Part shown: piece after piece, positions 1 through 14,084 of the stretch
Numbering within the stretch: the first letter of the stretch is position 1
Layout: the number at the start of each line of letters is the position of its first letter
Source: Paraspadella gotoi
Lineage: Eukaryota > Animalia > Chaetognatha
DNA length: 64,000 bases
Reading direction: 5' to 3'
Assembly: GCA_051294375.1 (NCBI GenBank)
Contig: CM119266.1
Span: 749,554-813,553, forward strand
Translations under genes and position numbers: made by a program
The notes under the pieces: model-generated
Told to the model about the DNA's origin: nothing
What the model saw: the letters and a program-made list of their open reading frames with translations, nothing else
The model's database searches: none

Positions 1-1174
1 GAGAGAGAGAGAGGGTGGTCGGTGGACGAAATGGTGGTGTTGAAAGACATGGTGGTCGTAAAAAAAAGACATGGAGTGCGAGGAGAGACATAGTGGTCGG
101 AGGGAAGACATGGTGCGGGGATAAGACATTTTGGCAAGGTGCCTGACAAGTTGACAATGTTGTCATTTTTCCCTTTTTATATGAATTTCATTAATTTATT
201 AATATATGAATGAATAATTCTCCATATCAAACGTTTTTTGTNNNNNNNNNNGATATCGCAACCCCTGAAATGTTGAGCTGGTGACTCAGAAGAAAAACCG
301 CGAGAGAAGAGATTCGAGTCACCGCGACTCNNNNNNNNNNNNNNNNNNNNNNNNNNNNNNNNNNNNNNNNNNNNNNNNNNNNNNNNNNNNNNNNNNNNNN
401 NNNNNGAGACGCCATCGTGACTCATTGATACGCATCGACGAAGGGTGAGGGGGAGGTTGCGAGGAAAGGAGGAAGTGAGCGATCTTGTGAAGAAGAGAAA
501 AATTGGAGGTTGTGAATGATTAGACTCACAAAAGGAGGAAAAATGAGGAGACGAAGAAGGAGAAATTGGAAATAGAATTATGGAGACAATGAAGTTATTC
601 GTCGTATTTGAGGAGATTGTCAAATCCATCTTTTTTTTTTCTTTTCTTTTCTGAACCCTATTATAACACAAAATTAAGAAGCTAAAAATTAAAACGTGTG
701 AAAATAAGGAAAGAGGGGAAGAAACAAAAAAAATTTTAAAAAAAGAGGAAAAGAAAGAAAAAAATTAACAAACCTACTGAAGGCGGGATATAAAAAAAAA
801 GAAAAATATTTGATTAAAATAAAAATTAAATATTATATATATATTTTATATTTATCCTTGAAACGTATAAAAATAATATGTACTAAAATGAAAAAAAATG
901 TGTTCTACATGAACAAGTTAAAAAAAATAAACAAGATAAAAATTGTAAAAACTAAAAAGTAATGAACTTTCAAAAAAGAAAAACAAAAAAAAAACAAAAA
1001 AGAAGAAAAGAAGAAAAGAGAGGATAAAAATCCGGAGCCAAAAATTCGGAAGAACCTCTCTTGAGAAAAGAAGAAAAAAGATGGAGAATATGAGTTGAAA
1101 AGGAAATAAGACACCGTCCAAAAAGACTCTCTCTCTCTCTCTGTCTCTCTTTTCTCTCTCTTCTCATCTCTCTC

Positions 1175-1216
<42 letters not shown>

Positions 1217-2502
1217 ATTTCCATCTGGAATTTGCCCCAAAGATGGCGGGCGCTTCGATTGCGATAAAACCTCGGACGTCAAAATGGTGATTGACGGGAA
1301 AAAAATGCTACACAAGAAATCTCTGCGATAGAGAGAGACGAGGAGACCGAGGATGGGCCGACGAAGCGAGTGGGACGTCAGGGAGGGGAGCGGGAGACAC
1401 GACGAGTGGGAACGGGGAGGGAGACGAGACTGGCGGAGACGACATGAGAAGAGGAGCGAGTACCGAGACGAGAGAGGGAGAAGGAGTATGATCGGATGGA
1501 AGTGGCGGGGGGGAGACGAGGAGAGGACGGAAGAACGGACGGGGAAAGCGCATCAAGAGAAGAAGGAGAGAGACCGAGAGAGATTAGAAGAAGAAAAAAA
1601 ATTGAAAGAGACAGGGCGTTGGGTGGCGTGAGAGGAGCGATGACAGCACGGCGAGGAGAGGCGAGACAGAGAGACTGAGAGATGAGAGAGAGAGAGAGAT
1701 GAGAGAGCAGAGAGATGAGCAGATGAAGTGAGAGAGAGAGAGAGCGAGAGGAGTAAAGAGAGGAGAGAGGGTGGCTCGTGGACGAAATGGTAGGTGTTTG
1801 AAAGACATGGTGGTCGTAAAAAAAAAAAGACTGGAGTCCGGAGGATAAAAGAGAACATAGTGGTCGGAGGAAGACATGGTGCGGGATAAGACATTTTTGG
1901 CAAGGTGGCCTGAACAAGTGAGCACAATGTGTCATTTTCCCTTTTTTTTTATATGAATTTATAACTTTATTAATATATTGAATGAATCAATTCTCCAATA
2001 TCAAAAGTCTTTTTGTAATCTTGTTTTTGATAATACCACACGTATTTAGATTAGACACAAATCTCTGGGCTAAAAGTCTTTGATGATTTTTTACTGTTTT
2101 CAAATCTTTGATTTTTTTTGGTGAATTAAATTTCATTTATAGAAAAGTTCACCACCTATCTATTCATTCTTTTTTTGCTTCACAAGACGGAACAGTAAAG
2201 CTATTTTTCTTGCGCCGAAGAAGGCCACAAGTATAAGCGGAATTCGCCGAGGTTTAGTAGTCGTCGGTCTGTCACAACAAAATAAAAAGACAAGAAGATT
2301 GAGTAAAATAATAAAAATTGAAACAACTTCAAAAAGAAGTGAGGAAGAGTGAAGAGGAACAGAGGAAAAACAAAAGAAGAAAAAAATAGCGACAAACTAT
2401 CCCCCAATGAAAAAATGAATCCTGAAGCCGCCTAGTGTGAAGAAGTGATAAGAACTAAGGTCCCTCTATGTCTTTGTCTCGTCCTATCCGCTTTTCTCTT
2501 CT

Positions 2503-2568
<66 letters not shown>

Positions 2569-3588
2569 TCTCTCTCTCTCTTCTCTCTCTCTCTTCTTCT
2601 CTCTCTCTGGGTAAAAAAAAAATAAAACAAACAAACTTTGACTTTGGTTGCTTTGTTAATTCAAGTTTTCGTCACCAAGCAACCCTTGGGTAATGCAGAT
2701 GCCATCTTCAGCAAAGTTTTCAGTTTGAACTTAACCGTCGTTGTTTTGACAGACAGACTGGTATAATCCCCTTTCGTTTCGTTTTATCTGTTTTCACCCA
2801 TCCGAAAGGTCCTCCATGGAAGCCACTTTATATTGGGCTTCGACGAGTCAACGCATCCCCTTTTTTCTTTTTTCTTACCTCATTTTCAGTTGTTTCGTTT
2901 TTCAGGACGTCTGCTTCTCTTTTAGCATCTGCTCACGACAGACAAAATTGATGGAAATATAAGCCGCAGTCCGAAAATCACGTGAATATACAATATAAAC
3001 AAAAATGATTCTAGTGACGTAAATCAAAACATGAATCTTTAATCGTAAAAAATAAAACGAATTTATTCGATCATGTCTTTTTTTTCTCCTGGCTTTAAAT
3101 TTAATTTTATTTATCAAATTCAATTCTGCTTGCAAAACAAAATTTGCATCTGTTTCCGTTTCTGAACAGCAGATGTCTCGAGTCGAGACTCTCGACCAAA
3201 AACAAAACAGAAAATACTTTAGTCTTGCCCCCACCAGGCATTTTTCGATTTTGTCTTCTTTCTTATTTTCTCTTTCTTGTTTTTGTCCTTGTTTTTCTCT
3301 TCCTTAATTCAGTTTGTCCATTTCACTCTTTTTCGTCTCCACTTTCCAATTTCTTTCCTTTTTTGTTCCTTTTTTTTCTATTTTCTGTCGCGAAATCTCG
3401 AATTACGTCGAATCGAATCCGACATTCGATTCGCGCCTTTGTTCTCTTCTTTTCTCCATCACCCCACCACCCCATCACCCATCACCCATCACACATCAAC
3501 CACCACCACATTCACCCACGACCCCATCACCCTTCACCACCCAACCACCACATCAACCCCACACATTCCCATTTGTCTATCAGATTAA

Positions 3589-3630
<42 letters not shown>

Positions 3631-3657
3631 CTTCTCTCTCTCTCTCTCTCCTCTGCT

Positions 3658-3696
<39 letters not shown>

Positions 3697-4313
3697 TTCT
3701 CTCCTGTCTCTCTCTCTCTCTCTCTNNNNNNNNNNNNNNNNNNNNNNNNNNNNNNNNNNNNNNNNNNNNNNNNNACAACGACTAAAAAGTCGTGAATACA
3801 ATGACGACGACGAAAAAAAACCAGACAACGATAATGACAATGACGATGAAAAAACATAAGGAATTGATAACGACGACGACGACAACGACGACGACGACAT
3901 CGACGACGTTCCACGCTTCTGAAAAACGTTGTGAATGGATATATTTGAAAGTGAATGAGACAGAAGGCGATGAGTGATCAAGAATGATGGGGATAGAGAA
4001 TGATTGTGAATATATAGTATATAATATAGTATATAGTATATATAGTATAAAACGATGAACGAATTTGTGATTAAATAAACGACACCACGTAGTCTATGAA
4101 AGACAAATGAATGAACGAATGAACGAAATTTCGATCAAAACGACGAATGAACCCGAAACGTTTTTTTTTTGTTTTTTTTTGACCGACCGATCGGAAAATA
4201 AGGGAGAGACAAAAAAAGGAGCGAGACTGAGAGAGAGAAAGATAGATGTATATAAGTGGTTTATAGACAATAACTGATCATAAAACGGTGCTCGTGGGGT
4301 TGAAAAGGTCTCA

Positions 4314-4347
<34 letters not shown>

Positions 4348-5090
4348 NNNNNNNNNNNNNNNNNNNNNNNNNNNNNNNNNNNNNNNNNNNNNNNNNNNNN
4401 NNNNNNNNNNNNNNNNNNNNNNNNNNNNNNNNNNNNNNNNNNNNNNNNNNNNNNNNNNNNNNNNNNNNNNNNNNNNNNNNNNNNNNNNNNNNNNNNNNNN
4501 NNNNNNNNNNNNNNNNNNNNNNNNNNNCTTTCTTTCTCGCCGCCAGCGAGGCTCTCCGCAAAGTTTCTTCCTTCTCCCTCAGGACACAAAAGATAATTTT
4601 GGCGTCCGATGATGGTTCCTCTATTTTTTTTTCTCTTTCCCTCTTTTTTTACTTCTCTTTTTTCTCNNNNNNNNNNTTCCCTTTGCTCCTCTTCCCTCGC
4701 CCAACCCCTCAGATGCCCCATTCACCCCTGAACTCAATAGACTTCTTGGATGTTTAGCTCAGTCGGTAAAGGCGAAGAGGAATGAACCAAGAGAGGTCCA
4801 AGGTTCGGTGAGGATTCTAAACCTTTCGCGATCGTTCCGATACTAAAAATAGTAACAATAACAACAACAACGACAGGTTTTTCCACCACGGAAAAGGAAG
4901 AGAAATGGAAATATTCCCCTTCGTTCAGTCGCCAGGTTCGAACCCCACCCACGCAAGTCATTTTGAAAATCGATTTGATCCGCCGGTCCCCCCAAAAAAA
5001 AATTCCTTTTTTTCAGTCGAACGAATGAGTTTTTACGATGAGTCATCGAATTCGATTTTAGTCACTGACTCGAGACTTGTAACGACCTCT

Positions 5091-5127
<37 letters not shown>

Positions 5128-5220
5128 NNNNNNNNNNNNNNNNNNNNNNNNNNNNNNNNNNNNNNNNNNNNNNNNNNNNNNNNNNNNNNNNNNNNNNNNN
5201 NNNNNNNNNNNNNNNNNNNN

Positions 5221-5256
<36 letters not shown>

Positions 5257-5372
5257 TGGGCAGTGGCGGATTTGGTTAAAACTGACAGAAATGTTTGAGA
5301 GCGACAGAAGGCAAATAAAGTACTGGACTGAAAGACGGCGATGAAATTCGGGTAGAAGCTTCACACGAGAAA

Positions 5373-8190
5373 TCATCCTCCATTTGCTGATCTTTCTGAT
5401 AGGTGAATGAATGATAAGAATGACTGGTGAATGAATGGTAAGAATGACTGGTGAATGAATGATAAGAATGACTGGTGAATGAATGGTAAGAATGACTGGT
5501 GAATGACTGCTAAGTGTCTCCTTTAATTCATTTCCTCACCTGCTTCTCTTCCTTCTCTTCCTCCTCTTCCTCCTCTTCCTCCTCCCGAAAATTGTTCTCC
5601 GTCGAAAATGACGTCACTGATGAAATGTGAAATGACGTCGCTGACGTCACCGGAAGCGGAATCGACCGCACGGCGGCGCGGCTGTCGTGACGTCAGGGCC
5701 GCGGTGTCGGACTGAAACAATTTTGGCGGAAAAAGTCGAAAAATTATCGAATTTTTTTAGTTAATTTTAGATAAATTCATTTATTTAATGATTTTTTAAC
5801 ATTTTCAAATCCAATATTTTCCTCCCTTTCTCCTTATTCTTCTCTTTTTTCTTTACCAAATTTTCCTTTTTCCCCCCTGACCTTAAAATTCTTTTTCTCC
5901 TTTCCCTCGAACGGTCACCTGACAAAGAGAGTATTTATTTCTTCCTGGTATTTTTAACGTATTTATTTTTCAAAACCTTATCTTCCAAGTCCTTATCCCT
6001 ATCCATTCTTTTCACACGTTTTTTTCATTTTCATCACTTTCTTAGATATTCTATTTCCAATCCCCTTTTATTCCGCATTCCATTTCTCTTTCATTTTACT
6101 TCTCCAAATTATTCTCTAATCAAAATGCTTTCACCTTCTTTTTCTAATCCACTTCCCTTCTTTCTCTAACCCACTTCTCATCCCCTTCCTCCTTTTCTTT
6201 ACTTCCTCCAATCCCTTTCCCTTCTGCTCTAATCCACTTCTCATCCCCTTCCTCCTTTCCTTTATTTCCTCCAATCCCTTTCCCTTCTGCTCTAATCCAC
6301 TTCTCATCCCCTTCCTCCTTTCCTTTATTTTTACAAATCCCTTTCCCCTCTCTAATCCGCTTCCTTTCCCCTTTCCCTAAATTCCTTACATCCCTTTCCC
6401 TTCTTCTCTAATCCACTTCCCCTCCTCTTTCTCTTTTCTCATAATTAATCACATTCACCTAATCCCCTTCCATCATTCCCTTTCTTCCCCTAATCCCCTT
6501 CCATCATTCCCTTTCTTCCCCTAATCCCCTTCCCCTCTCGTATCCCCTCTCCCCCCATTATTTTCCGCTTAGAATTCGTTACCCGAATCTCGTTTCTTCC
6601 GCGTCTTTTGTTTTCGTCGTCCTCGTCGTCGTCGTCGTCGTCGTGGCCTCCGTTCGGCGGGAAAGATGAATCTCTTTCGTTTCCGGATGAAAACCTGAGG
6701 ATGCGACGAGGGGAGAGGGAGTGGGGGAGGAAGTTAAGGAGGAGAGTGGAAGAGTAGGGAGATGGGAGGGAGGAAGTGAAAGAGCAGAGAGGTAGCGAAA
6801 GGGGGGGAAGGGAGCAAGAGGGAGGGGAAGATTGTAAAAAAAGAAGGGAAGACCAGCGGAGAAAGAGGTAGAGGAACCGGAAAAGGTTAGGAAAAAGGGA
6901 GGAGGAAAAGGGAAGATGGGAAGATGGGAAGGTGGGAAGATGGGAAGGTGGGAATGGGTATGATGAATTTCGTGACTATGGGGTGAGGAAAAAATTTAAA
7001 CGGGTGAGTAGGAAAAAGTTGCAGGATCTATTTTTGCGAGACGATCTGGATTAGAGGTTGCGCGGGGTCGTCTTCCTTTGCCTTCTTCCTTTCACGCTTC
7101 CTTAACTTTTCTTCCCCTGCTTTCTGTTTGCCATGCCTTCTTTCTGTCTACCATGCCTTCTTTCTGTCTACCATTCCTTCCTTCTGTCTACCATGCCTTC
7201 CTTCTGTCTACCATGCCTTCTTTCTGTCTACCATGCTTCCTCGTTTCCAACTTTTCGGGAAATTCTCCCGAGGGGAGAAACGAAAATAACCCGATGACGC
7301 CGTCAAGGGCGAGGAGGGAGAATTGGGCAGGGAGTTTTGATGAGATGGCTTGAGTAAGTAAAAGGAAGCGCGGAGGTTCGTTCGTGCTGCTGGGGAGTAA
7401 GGCGTTTTTGGCGGACGGGGTGGGAAGACCTTTTTTTTGTTATGGAAGAGGGGCGACCGGATTTAAGAGCCCCTTCGGTGGAGCGGGCCAAAGGTGGAGC
7501 GTTCCGAAATGGAAAGATGCGGTGGATTAAAGACCCCTGGTGGGGGAAGACGGAAACTCAACGAAAACAAAAGATTCGCTTACCCAAAAGCAAAAGGAGG
7601 GGTAACGGGGGAGAGAAGCCTTTAAATTGTTTAAAAATCCCTTCTTAAAAACTCACGCGCGAGTTTTTTAAAAACCATTAAACTTTGGACTTTTTAACGA
7701 GGCTTTTCCTTTTGTTTTTCGCTGCCAAAGGAGAAAACGTTCGCTTTGAAAAGGTTTCTTTTATTCGAGGTTCACCGGGGGTTTTGCTTTGAGGGGGACT
7801 GTAACCACCAAACCTCCGATGGTTATAGATTACAATAGAATACAATACACATCAATTTTGATTCGGGTTTATACATTACTTCTTAATATCGGACAAAATG
7901 ACAAATATAAATCTTAATCCACTGTTTCCTTCCCGAAAAATGTTGGATTTAGCCTAAATAGTATAATATGTAGAACAATATTTAACAAAATTCTAGGAAT
8001 AAAGCTAAAAATCATTCAGTGTTCTTTTGTCTTTCGTGAAATTCTCTTCTTTTCCGCCAGAGAACTCACCAGTCGGCTCCCAACCTCGGCGCGCGGGAAG
8101 ATTCTCGCTGAAAAAACAAAAATACAGAAAATGTAAACACAGCTGTGAGTTATCTCTCTCTCTCTCCCCTCTCTCTCTCTCTCCCCTCTC

Positions 8191-8239
<49 letters not shown>

Positions 8240-8902
8240 TCTCTCTCTCTCCTCTCTCTCTCACCTCCCTCCCCCTCTCCCTCTCTCTCTCTCTCTCCTC
8301 GTCTCTCCCTCCCCCTCTATTTTCTCTCTCTCTCTCTTCTCTCCTCATATCTCTCTCTCTCTCCCTCGCTCTCTCCCCCTCTCTCTCTTCTCTCTCTCTC
8401 GCTCTCTCCCCCCTCACTCTCTCTCTCTCTCTCTTTCTCTGTCTCTCTCTCCCCCCTCCTCCCCTCTCTCCCTTCCCTCTTTCTCTCTCTCTTCTCTCTC
8501 TCTTTCTCTCACCCTCTGTGTGATCGCTGATAATTTGTGACGAATCAACGACTCGGAATCCGAAGGTTCCACGATCGAATCCCGAGATGAGCCCAGAGGA
8601 GGAAGAGGAGGAGGAAAACGAGGAGGAAAACGAGACGGAGATGGACGACGCCGAGATGTCGCTCCCGGCGCCAGAAGTCGGGACTCGTCGAGCGCCGGTC
8701 GCGTTATTTCCGGAAGTTCGGAGCTGGCGGCGACACGCCGGAGCGAATCCGGCGCCGCCGAGACGGCGCTGCAGATAAAAGCAACTGCTGCGGCGGCGGC
8801 AGCGGCAAATGCGGCGGGAGTGACGGTGACGGTGGAAGCGGAGGAGGAGGAGGAGGAGGAGGAAGAAGAAGCGGTTTTTCGACGACAGAAGCGGAGATTC
8901 AT
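5373..8902 (-). CDS. Orphan spliced gene (~244 aa), possibly a secreted precursor protein; exons 8902-8513, 8107-8070, 6694-6583, 5711-5540, 5395-5373
   Basis: Five GC-rich blocks joined by GT-AG introns with consistent phases (0,2,0,1). ATG at 8902 (MNLRFCRRKT...), hydrophobic AAFAAAAAAAVAFICSAVSA, basic clusters KRRGR and PRRR, TGA at 5375-5373. No family recognised. An extra noisy exon near 7350-7540 is possible. Confidence 0.45.
5402..5508. repeat. Minisatellite, 24-bp unit GGTGAATGAATGRTAAGAATGACT, ~4.5 copies
   Basis: Direct tandem copies seen in the sequence. Confidence 0.85.
7131..7236. repeat. Minisatellite, 20-bp unit CCATGCCTTCTTTCTGTCTA, ~5 copies
   Basis: Direct tandem copies seen in the sequence. 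Confidence 0.85.
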
Positions 8903-9620
8903 AGTTTTTTTTTCCTTTTTTCTTTTCTTTTTCTTTTTTTTTGGGGGGGAGAGAATCTTAAAAATAAGTCGTTGCAATAAAAAAGTCGCGATCGTTAAAT
9001 TGAAGGACAAAGAGAGAAAATGGAATTTGGAGGGAAAAAAGACAAACTGACAAACTGACTATGAAAATATGCTAAGGAAGAATGTCTCGAGGATATAAAA
9101 AAGTATTTTTCGCAATAAAATGAGTCGTTAACGTTGAAGAAGATCGAGAAGGACAGATCGTTTAAAAAGTAATAAATTTTCAGACGGACGCGGAAAATGA
9201 AAAGAAAAAAATGTCCATATTTTCGAAAAGCGCCTCGTTTCAGACTAAATTAAGAATTGAGTTAATTTTAAAATTAAACGATTAGTTGAGAGGTTAATGG
9301 TAAGGGTATAGTTAGGAATGAGTGTTATGGATTCGGTTAGATTTTTGGATAAGGAATAAGGGTTATGGTTAGGGATTAAGGTTCAGGGTTAAGGGATAAG
9401 GTGATGGATTTGGCTTTGGGATTATGAATTAATATACTTAAGTCTATTAAGTATATTTAGTAATAAGTATTAAGGTTAAGAATCGGTTTATGTATTCGTG
9501 AAAATATTTGGAATCGCGACAAATCGTTTTCACGTTGGCGAATTCGATGCGATGAGCGAAAAGGTGAGTAATTTATTCCCGACCTTTTCGCGTTGGAAGA
9601 CAAACAAAATATTTGCGAGA

Positions 9621-9697
<77 letters not shown>

Positions 9698-12596
9698 GTC
9701 TCTCTCCTCTCTTCCTCTAGAGATCATTTTCGACTTTCATTTTTCCACTTATATGTCGGAAAAGATCAATTTATATCCGATCCCTGGCTGTAAGGCTTCT
9801 CCAGACCTCGTTCGCCACAATAGATTCCATTTTTCATTCCATAAATGATAAAATAGTTTTTTTTCGCATAAAAATGCAAAGGCGTCATCCTTTGGCAGCC
9901 GACCGTGATGAACAACTTCATTTTTCTCGGCGAACCTTTTTTTTACAGGGGAATATATTTTTTTTCACTGATAGAATATTTATGTTTATAATTTGTAATC
10001 GGAAAAAAAAATCAGGTGGTTCACTTGCTATCACGGTTATATAAGAAATTATTTCACCTTGAATCGTTTTTAAACGTTTTCCTCGAGGCAGCTTTTGAGC
10101 TCTGATGGCTTTTTTTCCTCCGCTCAACGATTTCAATTATTTTCAATCAACTTGGACGTTTGATTTCCAACAAAAAAAATTTTAAAAATTGAAATCGTCG
10201 AGTGAGCAGATTTTTAGCTTTTTTTTGGTTTTCGTTATATCGTCATTTGTTGTTGTTTGCCAAATAACTGTCGGTGTCGTCATCGTCGTCTTTATCGCCG
10301 TTACTTCACAGTCGTCATGACTTCCTTTCGTGCCACTATTTTCGGCCGCGCTGCATCCACGCCTAAAATATGCAAGTGACCGTAGGGAGTAGGCCTAGGA
10401 TATTCCGCGAAATGTCCGTATAAATATTTTATTTGGATCTCGGAAGCTGTTAGGTTTCGATTTAAATGCGACGATCTTTTATTATTATTTGCATGTAGCA
10501 GTATGCTTATCATAAGGTTTTAGTGTATATGAATAAAATTTAACTCAAAAGCTAAAGGGCTTCTCTTTTGTAAAAACTGACTCAAAAGCTTTTACTAACG
10601 TTTTTGTTTTTAATGTTTTAACGTTTTTTAACGTTTCAATCTTTTGCTTTTACAGTTTTTTTATGAAATAGTTTTTAACATTTTAGTAATGTTATAAGTT
10701 TTGATGTTACAGTTTTTTGTTATCAGTGATTCAGTGTAGTTATAATTTTTTTATTTGATTACTGTGTTCCAGTCTTTTTACGCTGTTATTGATACCGTTA
10801 CAGTTTTTTGTATTCATTTACTTTAATATCCTTTTTGTTATTAATAAAAAAATCTTGAACTGGTAACTTTAATCGTTACGCATTTTTCATTCCGTTTTTG
10901 AAGCATTACTGCTTTTTATTTGTTTTGTAAATAATATTTTGTATATTAATTTTAACAAATCTTTAACTCTTCGCCTTTGTGTCAAATGTCAATAACTGCT
11001 TTGTTATTTCTAAATTGGTATTCCCTTATTTGGTAGTATTTTTCCGGTATTCTCTTATTTTTGAGACACAACCGGAACCAGATCCAATGACCAGCCTCTC
11101 ACTCGAATCTTTCCAACGACGAAAGGACGTAACCGTCACGTAATCTGACGCTCTCACTGCGAATCAAATCAATTATTGATGACTCATTCGCTTCAATTTC
11201 CCGCGAGACCAATTCGTTTTCAAAGTCTACAGAGGCCGACGAAATCGAATACCAACGCAAGCAACATTTTAAACTTCAGTGGAAGGATCATGGAAAAGCC
11301 CCTTATTTTTTTTCGAGGGAAAGTCTTTCTGGAAAATAGCAAACAATTAAAATCTCTCTCGCTGTCAACTAGTATTTTACGTGATTACAAGTAACAAAGA
11401 AATATATGAAGAATTTTCGAAGTAACAAATACCAAATATGGAGATCACTGGTAAAATGAATTCCGATTTATCCCGATCCACTTTTTTTCTCTTTTTTTGT
11501 TTGCTTGTCAGTCGGAACTTGTTTTCTTCATTCGAATCTTTGTTTACATTTGTTTATCTTTGTTTACATTACACGGACGACGGACGTCCGCATAAATCTA
11601 TTCCAATTCTCAGATGGAATCTTGCAAATAGATTTTGGGTTTGATCAAACGAGGGATTTTAATTTTTAAAGTTTGAGCTGATACCGACTTACGTTTTCGT
11701 GAAATTGAGTGTTGGAAATATTTTTATCATTCACTGCTTTTATTATTGGTTAATATATCGTCAAAAACTATAAAAAGAGTTATTTCTAATGGAATTTGAA
11801 GGACAGACACGGGTCATTTTATTATGGATGTAACTATTTCTAAAATAGAATACGTGATGATTTCTCGCGAGCAAAAAAAAAACTAGCGTCGATTTTTGGG
11901 CAATTCAAATACTCCCAAAATTTGTTTTGCTTTGCGTTTTTCGAAGTCGCCCATTTTGAAACAACAGCAGGTGGCGACTGGTGGCGTCGGCTTCGGTGGC
12001 GACGGTTGTCGTTGGCGTCGACACGAAATTGGTGCGTCGCGTGAAAAGAAAATTTTATTCGTTTTCGATAAATTTGTTCGTCGGTGGAGGAAAAAAAATT
12101 GAATTAAACTTTTTTTTATTTTAACTATTTAATATATATTGAACTTTTTTCCAAGACGAGGCTAAAAATGGCGGCATCTTATCACAACTCTCTCTCTCTC
12201 TCTCAATCACTTTCGCTCTGTCATTTCTCTCTCTCTCTCCATCTCCTCTCGGTCTGCGCGTAGGAGGCCGCCATTGTTGTCTCGCGTCCGAAATGAAGCA
12301 GACGACAAAAAAATCCTGCGGCCGGTGTCGGGCTGTGGCGGCTGTGGCCGGCTGTGGCGGCGCGGGGTGGCCGAGGTGGTGGCGGAGACATGTTTCGCGG
12401 TCTTTCCGTTTAATAAATATTCACCTTGCGACAGTACCGACGACGACGACGACGACGACGACGACAACGACTGACAAATTTCGCGCGTGTGTGAGGAAGA
12501 GTCTTTATAATTCAATTGAAAGGAAATACGAGCAAAGGAGGGAAAAATGATAAAAGTTTAAGAGAAAGAAACGACTTGCGTGAGAGGGAATTAGGG

Positions 12597-12631
<35 letters not shown>

Positions 12632-12636
12632 TAGAG

Positions 12637-12678
<42 letters not shown>

Positions 12679-14084
12679 AGAGATGAGAGAGCGAAAAGGG
12701 AGGAGAAGGTTGAGAGAGAAGGATGTTAGAGATGACAAAGTGCTAGTAGGATATTAAAAAATATAAGAAGGTAAATTTATAAAGAAATAAATGTAATAAA
12801 GAAATAGCGGAAGTAGTGATAAAAATGTATTAAATATATAAGAATAAAAAAAAAAAAAAAGAAAGAAAGAAAGAAAGAAAGAAGCCAAAACAAATACAGT
12901 AAAATAGTTACAAATCATATTAAATAATGTTAATGTGAACATAATGTGAAAATAAACAAATTTTAAGTAATAAATTATAAATTATGCCTCAAGGGAAGCA
13001 TGGGACGAAAAAATTTGATAATTTAAGATGAACGAAAATCCATTTTAAACGAAGTAAGGAAAAACATTACAAAGAGAAAAGAAAGAAGACTATTATACTA
13101 AATTTTAAAAAAGGAGAGAAAAAATTGAGCTAAAGAAAAGTCTTCACCAAAATAAGGTCGGTCTTTGGCTGCGAGGAAAAAAAGTGAATCGGTTGAAGGA
13201 GGTAAGTTTCACGAGAATAAATAGAAGGAGGAAGAGGAAGAAGAGAAGGAGATAACACCGACGACAGAGAGNNNNNNNNNNNNNNNNNNNNNNNNNNNNN
13301 NNNNNNNNNNNNNNNNNNNNNNNNNNNNNNNNNNNNNNNNNNNNNNNNNNNNNNNNNNNNNNNNNNNNNNNNNNNNNNNNNNNNNNNNNNNNNNNNNNNN
13401 NNNNNNNNNNNNNNNNNNNNNNNNNNNNNNNNNNNNNNNNNNNNNNNNNNNNNNNNNNNNNNNNNNNNNNNNNNNNNNNNNNNNNNNNNNNNNNNNNNNN
13501 NNNNNNNNNNNNNNNNNNNNNCAGCGAGATTTCGTTCGTTCGTACGTACGTACGTTCATTCGTTCGGAAAAAAAGTCGGGCGGAAATGGAATCCTCGTGT
13601 CTCAGAAATGGAATTCTCATTTCTTGGAAATGCGAAAGCTGAGTCAATTTAGAGGAAGATTCCAGGGCAAAGGTCGGAACGAAGCTAAAAACAGCTACAG
13701 GTCCTTCAGTGAAAAAAAAGAGTCAGGAAAAAGGAATGGAGGAGAGGAGGTAAAAATTGAAGGAAGATATGAAAACCTGAAAAAAAAGAAGAAAAAAATT
13801 ATAAAAAAGAAGAGAAAGATTTATCGAAAAACGTCAGAAACTTTCTCCATGACGTACACACCTCATCCTTCTGGAGATAAATATTTTGAGAGGAAGAGAA
13901 ATGTTTTTTTTGACAAGACGATTATTGAATAGAAAAATATAAACTAAAAAAATATGATCATAATATAAAAGTGAAATCGTAACTGCGATTGAAGCAATGG
14001 TCTCTACCAAACAAAAACTTACAACTTACAACCAATATGATTATAGCCAATGAATTCTTCTAAACTTTTCCTTTGTTAGATTTA

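Noticed and set aside
4748-4810. tRNA-like A/B boxes (TAGCTCAGTCGGTA...GGTTCG)
   Set aside because: Anticodon, T and acceptor stems do not close; at most a decayed tRNA/SINE fragment. The same applies to ~62335-62387.
12207-12550. GC-rich block with several short ORFs
   Set aside because: No consistent frame, family motif or splice model; it may be UTR or regulatory sequence.
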